DNA of 61,092 nucleotides, filler included, from Dugesia japonica (Eukaryota): NCBI GenBank assembly GCA_001938525.1. It is 4 parts of 4 records of this genome, joined end to end, with 100 filler letters (N's around TTAATTAATTAA, not from the genome) between each part and the next. Parts side by side here need not be neighbours in the genome. Positions count along the whole stretch, not along the records: positions 1 to 20,707 come from MQRL01557940.1; 3 more parts are not named here. One strand, 5' to 3'. Shown piece by piece: positions 1 to 13,434 of this stretch (position 1 is its first letter; each line of letters starts with the position of its first letter). The notes under the pieces were generated by a model. It saw only the letters and a program-made list of their open reading frames with translations, ran no database searches and was not told where the DNA came from. The position numbers and the translations under genes were made by a program.

Positions 1-199
1 TAGTGATGAGTAAAGACCTGAAAAGAGTGAGAAAATCATCGATAACTAAAAACCAATATACTGTAAACAGAGAACTGATAGCTGAAATGTTGTGTACAGA
101 GAGGAGAGTTCTGAGATCTGAGGATAGGTGAAGAATAAAACTTCATCTAAATTCATCTAAAAAACTACCCAAAATTGACCTTACCGAATTAATTATCAT

Positions 200-1650
200 C
201 TTATTTTTATATTCATTGAGGACTCCCAAATTAAGTACTTGTTTTTTAATATAACGTTTTATTTATAAGGTGTGGNNNNNNNNNNNNNNNNNNNNNNNNN
301 NNNNNNNNNNNNNNNNNNNNNNNNNNNNNNNNNNNNNNNNNNNNNTTTTAATTAAATTTGAGATAATTTTTATTTTTAATTATTTATTGAGAAATAAAAA
401 TTTTAACTTTTTTCAAAGTTATTTAATTTGACAAATTTCTACTATATATATTCTTGATCAGTAAAAAAGTCTCTATCTAATAGTAATTGGATCATTACAT
501 TTGGATGAAAATTATAATAAATAACTTTTTATTTGTGTCGATTAAGCGTAATCGTGATTTTTGACTATGTCTTTTCGAATTTTCTTTGTAAAAAGTAAGT
601 TTAATGATTTTAGATGATGTTTTTCTTGATCAGTAAAATATTTTCTATTGAATAATGTATGTTTTGTTACGATTTGAGAAGAAAATTATTTCAAAAATTG
701 TCAAAAAATCTTGGGTTTATCCCATTTTCTTTAGTTCCAGACAAGATTTGGTGATTTGTACTCATGTTTTTCCTACTCAAAATAAAATTCCCTATCAAAT
801 AGATACTTTTTTGTTCAAATTCGAGTTACCATTTCCAAATTTCATAATTTTCTCCCGGACTCCCACAAATGAAGTATATGTTTTTCTATATTACTTTTTA
901 TCTATATAATTTAACGATTCAAAGTTTACATATTTGGAATCAGTAAAAGATCTTCTATCTAATAGATACCTCGTTGACCAATTTTGAGATACATTTTAAA
1001 TTTTCGAAAAAAGTTACCAAATCCGAGAGGACAGCCGAATATCTTCGTTAGGAAGCATTTTTCCCGAGACGATATTTAAACTTTGTACAGTCACTCTTTC
1101 TTCCTGAGTAAAATAATACCAAATTTGAAACAATACAAGTTATGTACGCAAAGCAAATTGAGCACAAAAATTCAAAATTTGAGAATTTTCACAACAAATC
1201 CTATTTTTTTCATTGCGGATAAATTTTGGCGATTGTAGGTTTATGTATTTGGAATCAGCAAAGAATTCTCTATCTAATAACCATGATTATTTTATCTAAA
1301 AGATGAGAAATAATTTTTTCGAAAATTTTTTATTTTTGAAAAATAATCTCCATCGAATTCTCCATCGATTGATGTAAAAATCTCGACAAAAAATTTTTTC
1401 AAAAACTTTCGAAATTTCAGATGTTCTCCCGGATTCCCATAAAAATTTGATTTAGAAATTTTAAAAATCGTAAAATTTAAACAAAATGACCTGATTTCAC
1501 CAATTTTACCACAAAAGTTTAAAATAATTTTAAAANNNNNNNNNNNNNNNNNNNNNNNNNNNNNNNNNNNNNNNNNNNNNNNNNNGTTTAAAATAATTTT
1601 AAAACACTTGAAAATTTAAACAAATTCTACTTTTCCCATGAATTTCTGTA
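200..1650. repeat. Dispersed non-autonomous repeat family with internal subrepeats (GATCAGTAAAA..TCTATCTAAT)
   Basis: Homologous blocks at ~10450-10980 (same strand) and ~18100-18660 (reverse), e.g. gaggacagccgaatatcttcgttaggaagc at ~1027 vs gcttcctaacgaagacattaacctgtcctc at ~18445. No coding potential seen. Confidence 0.7.
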
Positions 1651-1659
1651 AAAATTCAT

Positions 1660-2250
1660 ACCAAAATGACCAATCTCGAGTAAATAATTGACCGAATCAC
1701 CCAGAAAATTACCCAAATTCATCTGAATCAATCAAAAATTGACCAAATCGTCCAAAGATTGACCAATATTATTTAGACCAAGTAAATAACTGACCAATTT
1801 GTCCAAAGATTACCTAAACTGACCAAAGCCGAAGACAAAATTGACCCAATCATCTAAAAATTACCAATCCCAAGAAAATATTTAACCAATTTCACCTAAA
1901 CAAACCAATAATTGTTCACATTTGACCTCACCGAGAAACCTTTCAACCAAATTCAACTGAACCAATCAAAAATTGACTACATTCAACCTAACTGAGAAAA
2001 CTTTCAAACAATTTCACCTAAATCACCCAAAAATCATCAATCCCGAGGAAATTTCAGCCAAATTCACCTGAACCAATCAAAAATCGACCACATTCGACCT
2101 CACAGAAAAAATTTCAGACCAAATTCACCTATAAAACCCAATTAACCTGAACCATCCAAAAATAAACCTTATTCGACCTCACCGAATAAATTTTGGACAA
2201 AAAACCACTTAAAACCAATAAAAAATTGACCTCATTCGACCTCACCGAAT
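1660..2250. repeat. Degenerate ~11-bp-period minisatellite (AAATTGACC/TTCACC units)
   Basis: Recurrent aaattgacc, attcgacctcaccga and ttcacctaaa units. The reverse-complement array is at ~51880-52270. Confidence 0.75.
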
Positions 2251-2252
2251 AT

Positions 2253-2720
2253 ATTCCCAACTAAAAAGCTTATTAAAAATATTCCCAACTAAATACACAG
2301 GAAAATCCATAGCCACTTTGCCGCTTAAAAAGCTTAAAAGATTTTCCCAACTAAATACAAAGGAAAATGAATAGCCACTTTGCCGTCTAATAAGCTTGAA
2401 AGATTTTCCCAACTAAATACACAGGAAAATTTAAAAACAGTTAATCCTATTTCATAAAATTTCACCGATGAAATTAATCTGATCACATAATTTGTTCGCC
2501 GCCTATTTACATTAGAAAAATTTAAAAACTGTTATGCAATAATTCTCGCGACTAGATTAATTACATTATGTAACGCACACAAATGTTTGCCGCCACCTAT
2601 TTACATTAGAAAAATTTAAAAACAGTTATGTCATAATCCGATTACGGTGGAGGGAGTTACTCATGTGTGCTGTTCTGGTCTATCTATCTACTCCTGACTT
2701 CAATATCTTGCTCTAATTTT
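2253..2720. repeat. ~60-bp tandem units plus terminal segment of a dispersed repeat (GCCGCCACCTATTTACATTAG ... CTATCTATCTACTC)
   Basis: ttcccaactaaatacacaggaaaat recurs 3-4 times. The terminal segment recurs in reverse at ~8585-8700 and ~31390-31480. Confidence 0.65.
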
Positions 2721-3324
2721 CACCAAATCCATTTATAATTATAATTTTTATTTTACAAATTTTAGATTAAGCCCATCCATGCTCCTAATCTGCTACTTTA
2801 TGTCAATATATTTTAATGAATTTTAATTTAATTAAATTTGATTCCAATAATTTAAATATAAAATTTTTTTTCCCATACGACAATTATATAAAATAATTAA
2901 ATATATAAATAAATTATTCTTACATATATAAACATTTTTTTTTCGAATATTATCAGATAAATGTCCTTACAAATTGAGAATTCTATATAAAATATAAAAT
3001 CATTGGTTCACAAATTTAAATAAAAAATTGAAAATGCGAAAATAATTAAATTAAAATAATTAATTATCAAAATGTTTCAACAAAATAATAAAATTAGTTT
3101 TCATTCAAAATATTTTACAGAGAAATTTATTTTGAAGTTCCCTATGAAATTTAAGCAAAATTGGCAGATAAAAGATAAATTATTATATTTACTTGATCCG
3201 ATCAAAAATCTCTAATCAATAAATCCACCATAAACCATTCCAAAATTATAGACCATGGCAAGGTTTATCAAGAGGGAATGGTTTCATTTGATCACATCTG
3301 CTTACTTTCTCTACATAAAATTGT

Positions 3325-4400
3325 AAAGAAAACCTATAGAAAACTTTTGTAAAACCTTATGAAACTCATAAAACACTTCAGAAAATCTTTTGGAAACATA
3401 TAAATCTCCATGGTAAGCTATACAAAACCATATAAAACACATAGAAGATCCATAGAAAACATAAAGAAAATCATTTTAAAAAAACTACATAAAACCTATA
3501 GAAAACATAGAAAAACGATAGAGAAACATATATACCCCCATATCAAGCGATAAAATATAGGAAACCAAAAATAAGCAATAAAATCTCAATAAAAAACCCA
3601 TACAATTACCATAAAAATCATAGAAAATTTTAGAAATCCATAGAAAACCACAGATACATATTGAAAGTTTTTTATATTATAATTATTATTATAATGACAT
3701 TTATATTAAATTATTAATTATTAAATCATATCATGCACAACTATGTAATACTAACGATACTCAACAGATTAATATCATTGAATCATGTAAATGTCAACAA
3801 ACCAATAACCTCTTAATGACGGTTATACATTAACTTGTATAATATGTATAGTGTTTTATGAAGTATACATGTTTTTAATTGATCTTTACATGACTTTTAT
3901 AGATTCTTGTTGGTTCTTAGAGGGGTTCATTGGATTTATATATTGTTTTATAGAATCTAGATAGAGTTTTGATAAGATCACTATTGAGTTTTCAAAAGTA
4001 TTATCATAAATTTTCATAAAATTTATAAGGTTTTCATACGTTCTTATATGGTTTTATAGTGATTTATAATGATTTTATTAAGTTTCTATAGATTTCCAGG
4101 GTTTTCATAGAATTTTAAGGTCATATCGTCTCTTAATATATTTTATATATGTTTATTTAGTTTCATTGAGTATTATAGAGTTTTATAGGGCTTCAATAGT
4201 GTTTTGTAGTGCATATACAGTGTCCTTATATGTTTTTATAGAGTTATTATAGAGTATCTATAATGTTTTATAAAGTAGTATTGGGTCTTAATGAATTTTT
4301 ATGATACTATTTAGTTTTATACGTTACCTATAGGGCTTTTATATAGTCTTATAAGGATTTTATAGGGGTTTCATATATTTTTCTAAGGTATTATAATTTT
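3325..4400. repeat. Foldback-like structure with inverted minisatellite arms
   Basis: Left arm (3325-3660) is built of ctatagaaaac-type units and right arm (3850-4400) of the complementary gttttatag-type units, with a unique spacer between them. Confidence 0.6.
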
Positions 4401-6922
4401 AATAATGACATCATTTACATTCAATTAACCTTATAAATTCGGGACAAAAGAATATACGGTGTGCATAAGTCTTATGACGTCTAGTTCATACCCTTAACGT
4501 ACAAAATAAATAATGAGATCAGCCAGCATTGTTCGATTGCGAAATGAATCAAATAGAACATTAAACGCTTAGAGGACACATAAAGTTACTATTTTCACAT
4601 TATAACACCTCACCTAGTTTATTAGAAAGAGTTATTTTTAGATATTGAGATAAAACATTAATCAATCGGTTTTCATCAACAAAACATTTTATCACACTTA
4701 TTACTAATAATTATTAATTAATGCGATTTATAAAATACTCAAAATTTTTTTCCTTAAAGATCAAAGATAAATAATTTTAATTTACGGCAAAAAATGACAA
4801 ATTGAAACTGAAATTGATTTATAAATGTGATATTAATGTTATTTCAATATAAACAATAAAATCGTCAGTCAATATCAATTATAGAAAATAAAAAAACTTC
4901 GGTTTTTATTTAGTAAAATTAGACAACCGTAATATATGATAAATCGTGGAACTACGAATGACAAGCCACAGTGTAATGGTATCTTAAAAAATGAATTTTG
5001 TGAAAACCTCGTAAATAGTTTGATGATTCACGTGTAATATTTGCTGAAACCCAAATTATTTAATAAAACAATGATATAAAATGATAATAATAATAATTGT
5101 GAGATATGACTAATCAAATAATATTTCATATTGACCTATTAATCGACATATGTATGTGATAATAGGTGAATGCGCGATTGACTTTTTGAATGTGTATGAT
5201 TTTATGTATGATTTCTAAAGCTATATATATTTGTTACAGTGTCATTTTGTTTAGAATATATATATATGCTTAATTCGTTTTCGAATTATAATAATAATAA
5301 TGTTAATAATATATATTTATTTATTTATTTTTATTAAATATTTAAATAGAAAATATAATTAAGAAGAAATTAAAAGAATATTGAAAAAAATAATTTTAAT
5401 TTGAAACGATATCTTTACTTTTAATTTTATCCACTAAAAAGATTAAAAATGTAAATAATTATCTTTAAGATTTGTATTTAAACAAAATATAAATATATTT
5501 AATATAATTGAACAATAAATATTTAAATAAACTGTTGCCCTCAGTAAACATTATTTCATACACTTCATTATCTATTGTTCATGTCGTCGTTTTTATGTTA
5601 ATAATTTCATTGTTCAAATTATATAGTTCTGATAATAAATATCAAGATAGGTTGTTTTTCTAAATTAATTTATCGGTAAATTAAATATTTAATTGATATT
5701 TTTATTTAATATTTGAATGTGTGTAAAGAAATCATTTTTATTTTCTATTTAAATTTATGCAATTAGGATCTCAATAAGATATTTCTTAAAATGCCACATC
5801 ATCAGTAATTATGTTGCAACTGACAATTGGGTTTACAAAATGTTTTAGACTTATATTTGATTGGCCGCACACATATTTCTATTAATTTGAGTGGTCGAGT
5901 TTTTCATGGGTATGTTGATTCTGTGAGGATTTCGCAACGTTTTACCATGATTACGCAATTATTGTCTAATAATTATTTTGGTTTTAATTGATGAATTTGT
6001 ATAAGATTTTGTTTAAATGAGGTCAAGTTATTTATCTTTTGTTTAAATTAAATATACCTTTAAATTAAATCACCTGCAGTTTTTTTGAAGTTTGCATGAA
6101 GATTTTATTAGGTTGAGTCATAAATAATTTCTGATGGATATACCAAGTTTATATTCATTTATTTTTTCAACGGAATAAATAATATTAATTATATGAATAA
6201 GAGTTTTCTTAGTTATTTGACAAATTAATGGTGTGTTATTTGATAAAATAATCTAGCTCTTTTTAATTGACTTTTTTGAAGAACTCGTATTTATTGAAAT
6301 ACAATACACAATGTTATATCAGAAGAATCACGGTTAGACTTACGGATAAGATCCAAATGAGAGTCTGGATTTAAAATATAATATTATTTATTTTCACCAA
6401 TAATATATATGTGTGCTAAAAGAATAATGACTTTACGAGAAACAGACATTTTCGAAAAATCTTTATTAAAGGTTAGTAGCCAAATTTCAGTGAGTTGAAT
6501 CCGAAAACTTGAAAGTTAGTATTTTAATCATTAGAAAAATGCAAACTTTATCTTCCCTAAGAGACATAGAAACTACATGTATGAAACAAGTGTGACAAAA
6601 GTAAATATCATTCTGTTCTAAATATATTTTAGAAAATATCTTTGTTTTAAACGTTGTTTCTAAATTATTTATATATTTTCAGATATTTTTACCCTTTAAA
6701 AAGTTTACAGAAAGCAAATAGTAATGTGACTCTTATCTGATATGTAAATAAATAAGTTTTAATAAATCCATTCATTGGAATTATTAATTTGCGTATAATG
6801 CAAGTAATTTGTTGTTTAAATGATTCATAAATCTCTCAATGTGAATTTTTTTAAAATTAATACTTTCAGTAAAAAGTCATTCACTTTTATTTGGTAAACT
6901 TTAGAAAAGCATTTTAATCAGA

Positions 6923-8044
6923 ATGGGTAATTCTCTCACTGTTAAAAATCACACATCAAATAAAATTGAACTTGTTTATTATTTTGCTGGATCTAAAGAA
7001 GAATCTAAAAGAAAACTAAAACCAGAATCTATTGATCCGTCTGAAACAAAGAAGTGTTGTACTTCATTTAAATGCTCTGGCACTTTAATTGTATCTATTG
7101 ATAATAAAGCTTTTCGAGCGGTTCAATTAAATGAATTCATTCATATTAATGAATTAGATAAAGGATTAATAATAATAGACACTGATTCTGGCGTAAGTCA
7201 TTGGGAATTAGATTTAACGAAATACAAAATGAGAGTAGAAAGAAATTTAAATTGGAATCTTATTGGTGATAATGACGAAGATAGAAATGCTGCAAACAAA
7301 TGGATAAAAACAATGAACTTTGTGACTTCTTGTTTCGGTAATGTGGTTGGCACTTACGTTGGTTTTGATAAAGCTGCTGGTACACAAGCGGGAAAGTATT
7401 TATCAGATTTTCTCGTGAATGGCATGACAGTGTCTGAAATCAAATCAAAACTTCCTAAAGATTTTAATTCATTAGAAAATATAAAACGAATTAATTATCA
7501 ATTAATTGGAATTAATAGAGCTATTGATTTTGATTATTCTTATCTCAAAGAAGAAAGTACAATCAATGATGCAGAAAGCTTTAAATTTCTGCACAAACAG
7601 TTAATGAAAATAACTAGTCCGGATATAATGATTTATCTGGAAAATTGTGGTTTGGAGGAAGCTTTCCCTGTGTATGTTTATGCGAGTAAATTAGCATTAG
7701 AAATATTTAGGGAGATTCAAAAATTAAATGAAGATCAAATAACAAAATTAGAAGAGAATTATATGTCAATGTTCAACAATAACATGAAAACTATGTGGGA
7801 CCATATTATTGAAAAGATATCAAAAAACTGTTCGGTTAAAACTGATGGAATTCTTAATAAAACTGCTACATTTCGATACCAAGATCAAAATATCTATGAA
7901 GTCCATAGCGTATTTAAATCTCGAGCTGAAAAACAAATACTTGACATAAAAAATGCATTCATTGAAAATAGAAAATATCAAACAGAATATTTATTTAATC
8001 AACCGAATAAAGAGGATAATAAATGTGGAGAAACATCTGATTAA
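6923..8044 (+). CDS. Orphan intronless 373-aa protein; possible N-myristoylated, Cry/delta-endotoxin domain-I-like helical protein
   Basis: Long uninterrupted ORF in very AT-rich DNA with AATAAA at ~8091. N-terminus MGNSLT. Motif FPVYVYASKLALEIFRE resembles Cry conserved block 1. The ORF is well supported; the product is tentative. Confidence 0.75.
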   Translation: MGNSLTVKNHTSNKIELVYYFAGSKEESKRKLKPESIDPSETKKCCTSFKCSGTLIVSIDNKAFRAVQLNEFIHINELDKGLIIIDTDSGVSHWELDLTKYKMRVERNLNWNLIGDNDEDRNAANKWIKTMNFVTSCFGNVVGTYVGFDKAAGTQAGKYLSDFLVNGMTVSEIKSKLPKDFNSLENIKRINYQLIGINRAIDFDYSYLKEESTINDAESFKFLHKQLMKITSPDIMIYLENCGLEEAFPVYVYASKLALEIFREIQKLNEDQITKLEENYMSMFNNNMKTMWDHIIEKISKNCSVKTDGILNKTATFRYQDQNIYEVHSVFKSRAEKQILDIKNAFIENRKYQTEYLFNQPNKEDNKCGETSD

Positions 8045-11000
8045 AAAAATGATTAAATTTTCCAATTTAATTACTTTTTGAAAACTAGTAAATAAAACTT
8101 GATTGTTAAGTGAATTTTATCTTAGAATTATTGATAATAATTTGGGAATATGTGAGATAATTTATGTTTCATTAAATTAAGTAACAAACGTAAGCTTTGC
8201 GTTAGGCATATTTCAGTTTTATAATTTAATTGGCAATTGCTTCATCTAAGAATTTAAAATTGAGGGAGATACCAGTTTCAACTTAAACCTACAAAAATAA
8301 GTGCTTCGTTAAGAGAAAATTAGAGAAAAGAAGTATAATGTCAAGAAAATGAAATTAACACACAAATAGTCAACAAGTTACCAAATAATAAGATTACTTC
8401 CTTTAATAGTATTTAATATTTAGAAAATATTGAAATATTACTATTCAATAAAACATTACTAATTTCAGACATAATTTATTCAACAAAATCGAATATAACT
8501 TTATGAAATAAAAAAAATATTTTTATTTTAGAATTTAAATTATATTTACCATACACTCATAAACCATATATACTCATAAATATTAGGTACATAGGGACGC
8601 ACTGAGTCACCTCCCTCCGCGTGTAAAAATTATTTCATAACTGGCTCATAATTTTCTAATGTAAATAGGTGGCGGCACACATTTGTGTGTATTACACAAT
8701 GGCTCACTTTTTGGGATTTATAAAAGACGAGTAAATTTATATCTATTACATAACCTTGGCTCGTATTTTTGAATAGTTCACCGAATAATTTCAAATTTTA
8801 AGTTTCTAAGAGACAGTATTTTTCAAGCTTTTTAAGTGGTAAAAATTGTAATTATGTCCCACTACTTTAGAATGTATTAATATTTTATCAGTTAGAGCAA
8901 CACATTGACAAAGAAGTACACGAAATACATGTTATAAAAAAAATACTGGTTTTGACATGGGAAATAAATATTGGTTATTGAAAATATAGGTTTTATCATT
9001 GAATATAAAACCATTAAACCAGATACATTCAACAAAGTAATTGTTATAAGTATGCTCTACTAATTAAATTGATTCTTCACTGATCCATCATTTTCATATT
9101 TAGAACAACATAGTTACAACCAAATAATACCTGTTCAATTATTTTTTATCCAAATTATATTTAACTTCATTTTTAGTATGTTTCTTTGCTTTACATTAAA
9201 GAAAAGATAAATAAGAACAAGAGTGAGAAAGATTAAGTAAAAAGAAGAAAATGTGGTTCATTGTCAAAGTCACTGAGACCTTTAATAAATTTATGTAAAA
9301 TTTATGTAAAATACTACGTTCCATAAAATTCCCTGGAATTCATTAGGTTTTGACCAATTATTCAATTGAGCCATTAAATAACATGCATTATGCTCCTGAT
9401 TGAACGCGCATACATAAGTAACTGTTATTAAACGCATATGTAAACAAAAATTAAAACATGAGTCATACATGTTCATCATGAATGCAACTAGAATATTATT
9501 GAACAGAAATCATTGAAACTATGTTTTAAACATGAAAGATTAACACTTCAACGTGTAAAATAAAGGTTTTAACAAATGCACTTTCTCACGGTGAACAGTA
9601 AATACTAATATTAACGAAGTTGATGTTTTTTTAATTGCATCAATCTAATTAATTAATTAAAAACGTGTGTGTGGAACAATTTGATATGAATACGTTTTAT
9701 TTCGGCATAATTCAAAAACTCATGAAATACGTAAGTGACTTCTTTGATTTTTAAATAGATTTTTAATTTAAATGTTGAGAAAAATGAAATATTCAGTTAA
9801 ATTTAATGATCAATATTGATAATTGTCTGATTAATATTTCATCCGGTTAGTTTTGTTAAATTTAAAACTTAAATTATTTTTTTTTGTGTTACGTATGATT
9901 TTCATTCGGATTTTCATCCAAATTTCATGAATCGGGTAAATATGGTAAACAATGACACATATTATTCGAATCATGCTCTAGATTTGATGAATTATATGAC
10001 AAATGTAATGAAATCGGGTAGGATTTGTCGATTTTATTTAATGTTCACCTTATATTTAATTATTATTGTTATAATTATTATAATTGATGTATGGTTTTCA
10101 TATAATTAAATTTGTGAAATTTTAATTTAAATGACTTTAATTATGATATTATTGCATCATATCTTTACCGACTTTACTTATTATTGAAAAGAAAAATTAA
10201 GGATTTTTAATTTAATAATTGCCGTCACTTGATTACAAATTTAATTTATGTGCTGACTTTTAATTTTAATGTTCTTCAAGGAAGCGATTAATATTAATTG
10301 CTTGTTTTTCAATTTATTTTAATAGGGATAGTGTTAGAAAAATTTTAACCATGTTATTCTTAATCAGCGTAAAGAATAAATACTATGTAATAAATACTTT
10401 GATGGCAAAAATCGTGTTAAAAAACTTTTTCAATACTCAAGATGCAACTTATATCATTGTTCCTCGGGAGAGACTCCCAAATTAAGAACATTTATTTTTA
10501 CTATAACGTTTTGTCTATAAGATTTGACGATCTTAAGTTTACATATACTCAGCGTAAATTTCTCTATCTATCAATTTCTAAAAATTTGAGAAACTTTTTT
10601 ATTTTTTCGAAAAATTTACAAGATCTGGGACAAGACTAAGCCTCATTTTTTCACCTAGGATAAAGTTTGATGATTTTTAACTCTGACTATCATGATCAGC
10701 AAAAACATTTTTTGGTGGTATATTTCATGGTCATTTAATGAAAAATTTTTCGAAAAATTTTTATTTTTGATAAATGATCTACATCAAATTCTACATTGAT
10801 TAATGTAAAAATCTCGACAAAAACATTTTCAAAAATTTTCGAAATTTGGGATGTTTACCCAGATTCCTATAAATATTTGATATATAAATTAAAAACTTTT
10901 ATATTATTTAAACAAAAATAGTTTGTTCAGCTCAATTTCGGAAAAAATCTCATAAAATAAATTTTAAAATAATCTACTGTAAAAACCTGAGTATTAAGAG

Positions 11001-11139
11001 GCAGGGGGGTTATTTTTGTAGATGTGTTTTCTAGTTTTGTAAACTGCAGCACGTATAACCTGCATAATTTTTATATGAGAGGCATTGTAGTCGGACTGAA
11101 TAAAATAATCAAATCGAAAATTTTGGTGAAGTATCTATT

Positions 11140-11395
11140 CAATGTGATATACTACTATGGTATACTGTTGAAACTAAAGGGTTCAAATTAAAACTACAGG
11201 GCATGAGAAAAAAATGATCTACAGTTACTTTGTGTGTTCTAAAGGATGGTTTTAAACTTCTGCCTTTTGTTACTCTGGACAGAAACACACTTCTAAAGAC
11301 TCGAATTCCTGAATCAAAGCTTGTCATCGTAGCTAATGGATCCAGTAGGATGCATCACGAAACTCTTGAGATATGGCTTAAGAAAATATGAAAGA
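11140..11395 (+). pseudogene. pogo-family (DDE_1) transposase fragment
   Basis: Translation IKTTGHEKK*STVTLCVLKDGFKLLPFVTL...ETLEIWLKKI* matches the pogo consensus KTTGHEK..TVVL...DG.KLPP. Contains stops. Confidence 0.7.
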
Positions 11396-13185
11396 GTTAA
11401 ATTACTTTATCTAAAAAAACACCATGGAACTAGGATCCAAAAGTACTATCACTGCTTATATTTGATATCCATTGCTCTTGGTTTTATTATCGATTTTGAT
11501 AAGTTTTCTAATTAATGCGATCGACGTACATCATCTTTATCCACCCAAGTTTTCTAATACCATCTTCTGTTAATTGTACACTCCTTAAAGGTTCTGTACA
11601 TAGCGCCCGGTTTATGATCGTAATTGCTTTCTTTCTTAATGTGCCAGTTGTGATGCCATTAATGTTCTTCTTTACGGATTGGAACTTTTACTTCCTTAAC
11701 TGGGTGTTTCGCCCCAACTGTTTCTTCAGTCTTCGACCTATTATGCTCTTTGTCTTTACTCCTGAAGTGACAATGGCAGAAGACGTCACTTTCTCTTTCC
11801 ATTCAAACCCATGTGGAACGCTGTGGAGAATTCCCTAACTTTTATTTGATAACAAATACATGATTAACCCTTACAGAAAAATTTAGACATAAGTTGTTAG
11901 TTATTTATTTAGTATAAAATTCGATATCAATAGTCAAATTAAAATCATATTTAATTAACCAACAAAATTTACTTTAATTTCCAATAGTGTACAGTAAACA
12001 CACTAGCTGCACGGTTTTTCTATTGCATGACCAAGTTTTTAATATCAAAACTTCGATCTGGGTGGTAAAAAATCGTAGTTGTGGTATTTGTTTATTAATT
12101 TTTAACAAAAAATGCAGTTGATTGGTTGGCGAATCACATAAATTTACGAATATATGAAACTGAAAATAGCGATTCACAATATTTTGATGTCTATATTCTT
12201 TTTAATTAAAATGAATGTAGACAATTTTAATTTTTAAGTAGTCTCGTTAGAATGAGATATGTAAAATTATTAATTTCGTTTAAAACCCGCGCAGTTGGAG
12301 GGTTTACTGTATTTATTAATTAAAATTATTTAATCAAAGGAAATTACTGCTAATAAGCTAATTAAATTTTATTGTAAAGGTAATTGTTTGGATTATTCTG
12401 AACATTAATGACGAAAATCAGCTAAAATATTAATTCAATCTAATTTAAACAAATAAGATAAATTTTATCGAATTATTAACGCAAATGTGAATGAAATAAA
12501 ATTATAGAAATCAAAAATAATATCATTAAGACCCGGTTTATTTTAACACCTCACTGAATAAATCTCTGTTGCATACTCCTCTCATTTTAATTCTACTCGA
12601 TTTTCATGCTGCACCTTCAATTAGTCAGTAAATTTAATTCACCTTTCATTCTGTCGATCATTATTTTTCCCCTTCTTAATTAACTCCAATTTAATTTGTT
12701 TGACTCTAATTTACTCTGGGTGGCTTTCGTTTCTTTTTTCCTCAAATCTAATCTGGCTCAATTTTACTTCAACCCTTCTTTGCCCCGAAACATAATTTCT
12801 CGATTCGATTCTTTATGGCAACGATATTCGTCGATTAAATACTTTTACTTGTTTTTAGTTGACTAGATAATTGTTTACTTGCTTCTTATTAATCAAGTAA
12901 TTTTTTATCGATATTTTTTATTAGCCTTGTTTATTCAATACAAGTTTGGACTCGCAACTCATGTAGCTCCAATTTACTGCATGACGCCGTCTACTCATTA
13001 TCTACTCTATAACTTGATTGAACCTGTTTTTCATTNNNNNNNNNNNNNNNNNNNNNNNNNNNNNNNNNNNNNNNNNNNNNNNNNNNNNNNNNNNNNNNNN
13101 NNNNNNNNNNNCCAAATAACAAATTAATCAGACGAGTGCTTGGACTGATAATAATACTAACTACATAATAATAAAACGATGAAAT

Positions 13186-13372
13186 TGTTGGGGTCCCACC
13201 TGAGTTGGGTCACAATGAAAAGTGGCTGGGAAAAACAGCCCTCAAGGGAACCCTTTCAAGAATTTACCCTACCGTCCCTGTGGTAGATTTTCAGTTTATG
13301 GCGGTTGACCTTACTCTTAATGGAAGGTGCTCACCGATAAACCTTTAATTTCGGGTTCTATATTTTTCCCTA
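13186..13372 (-). ncRNA. Conserved structured RNA element at the 3' end of the element (copy 1)
   Basis: Multi-hairpin region conserved with 46597-46782 and showing compensatory substitutions. A G-U pair works only on the minus strand. Confidence 0.65.
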
Positions 13373-13434
13373 TGATTAACCAAAAAAAAATAAACTACAA
13401 CGCTGATTAAATATTTTATTAAAAGTAAACATTT

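Noticed and set aside
11515-11838. 107-aa plus-strand ORF
   Set aside because: No family motif in either orientation; lies among TE debris.
13197-13226. Hammerhead ribozyme (CTGA...GAAA) on the plus strand
   Set aside because: The core lacks CUGAnGA, the GAAA is absent in copy 2, and wobble pairs favour the minus strand.
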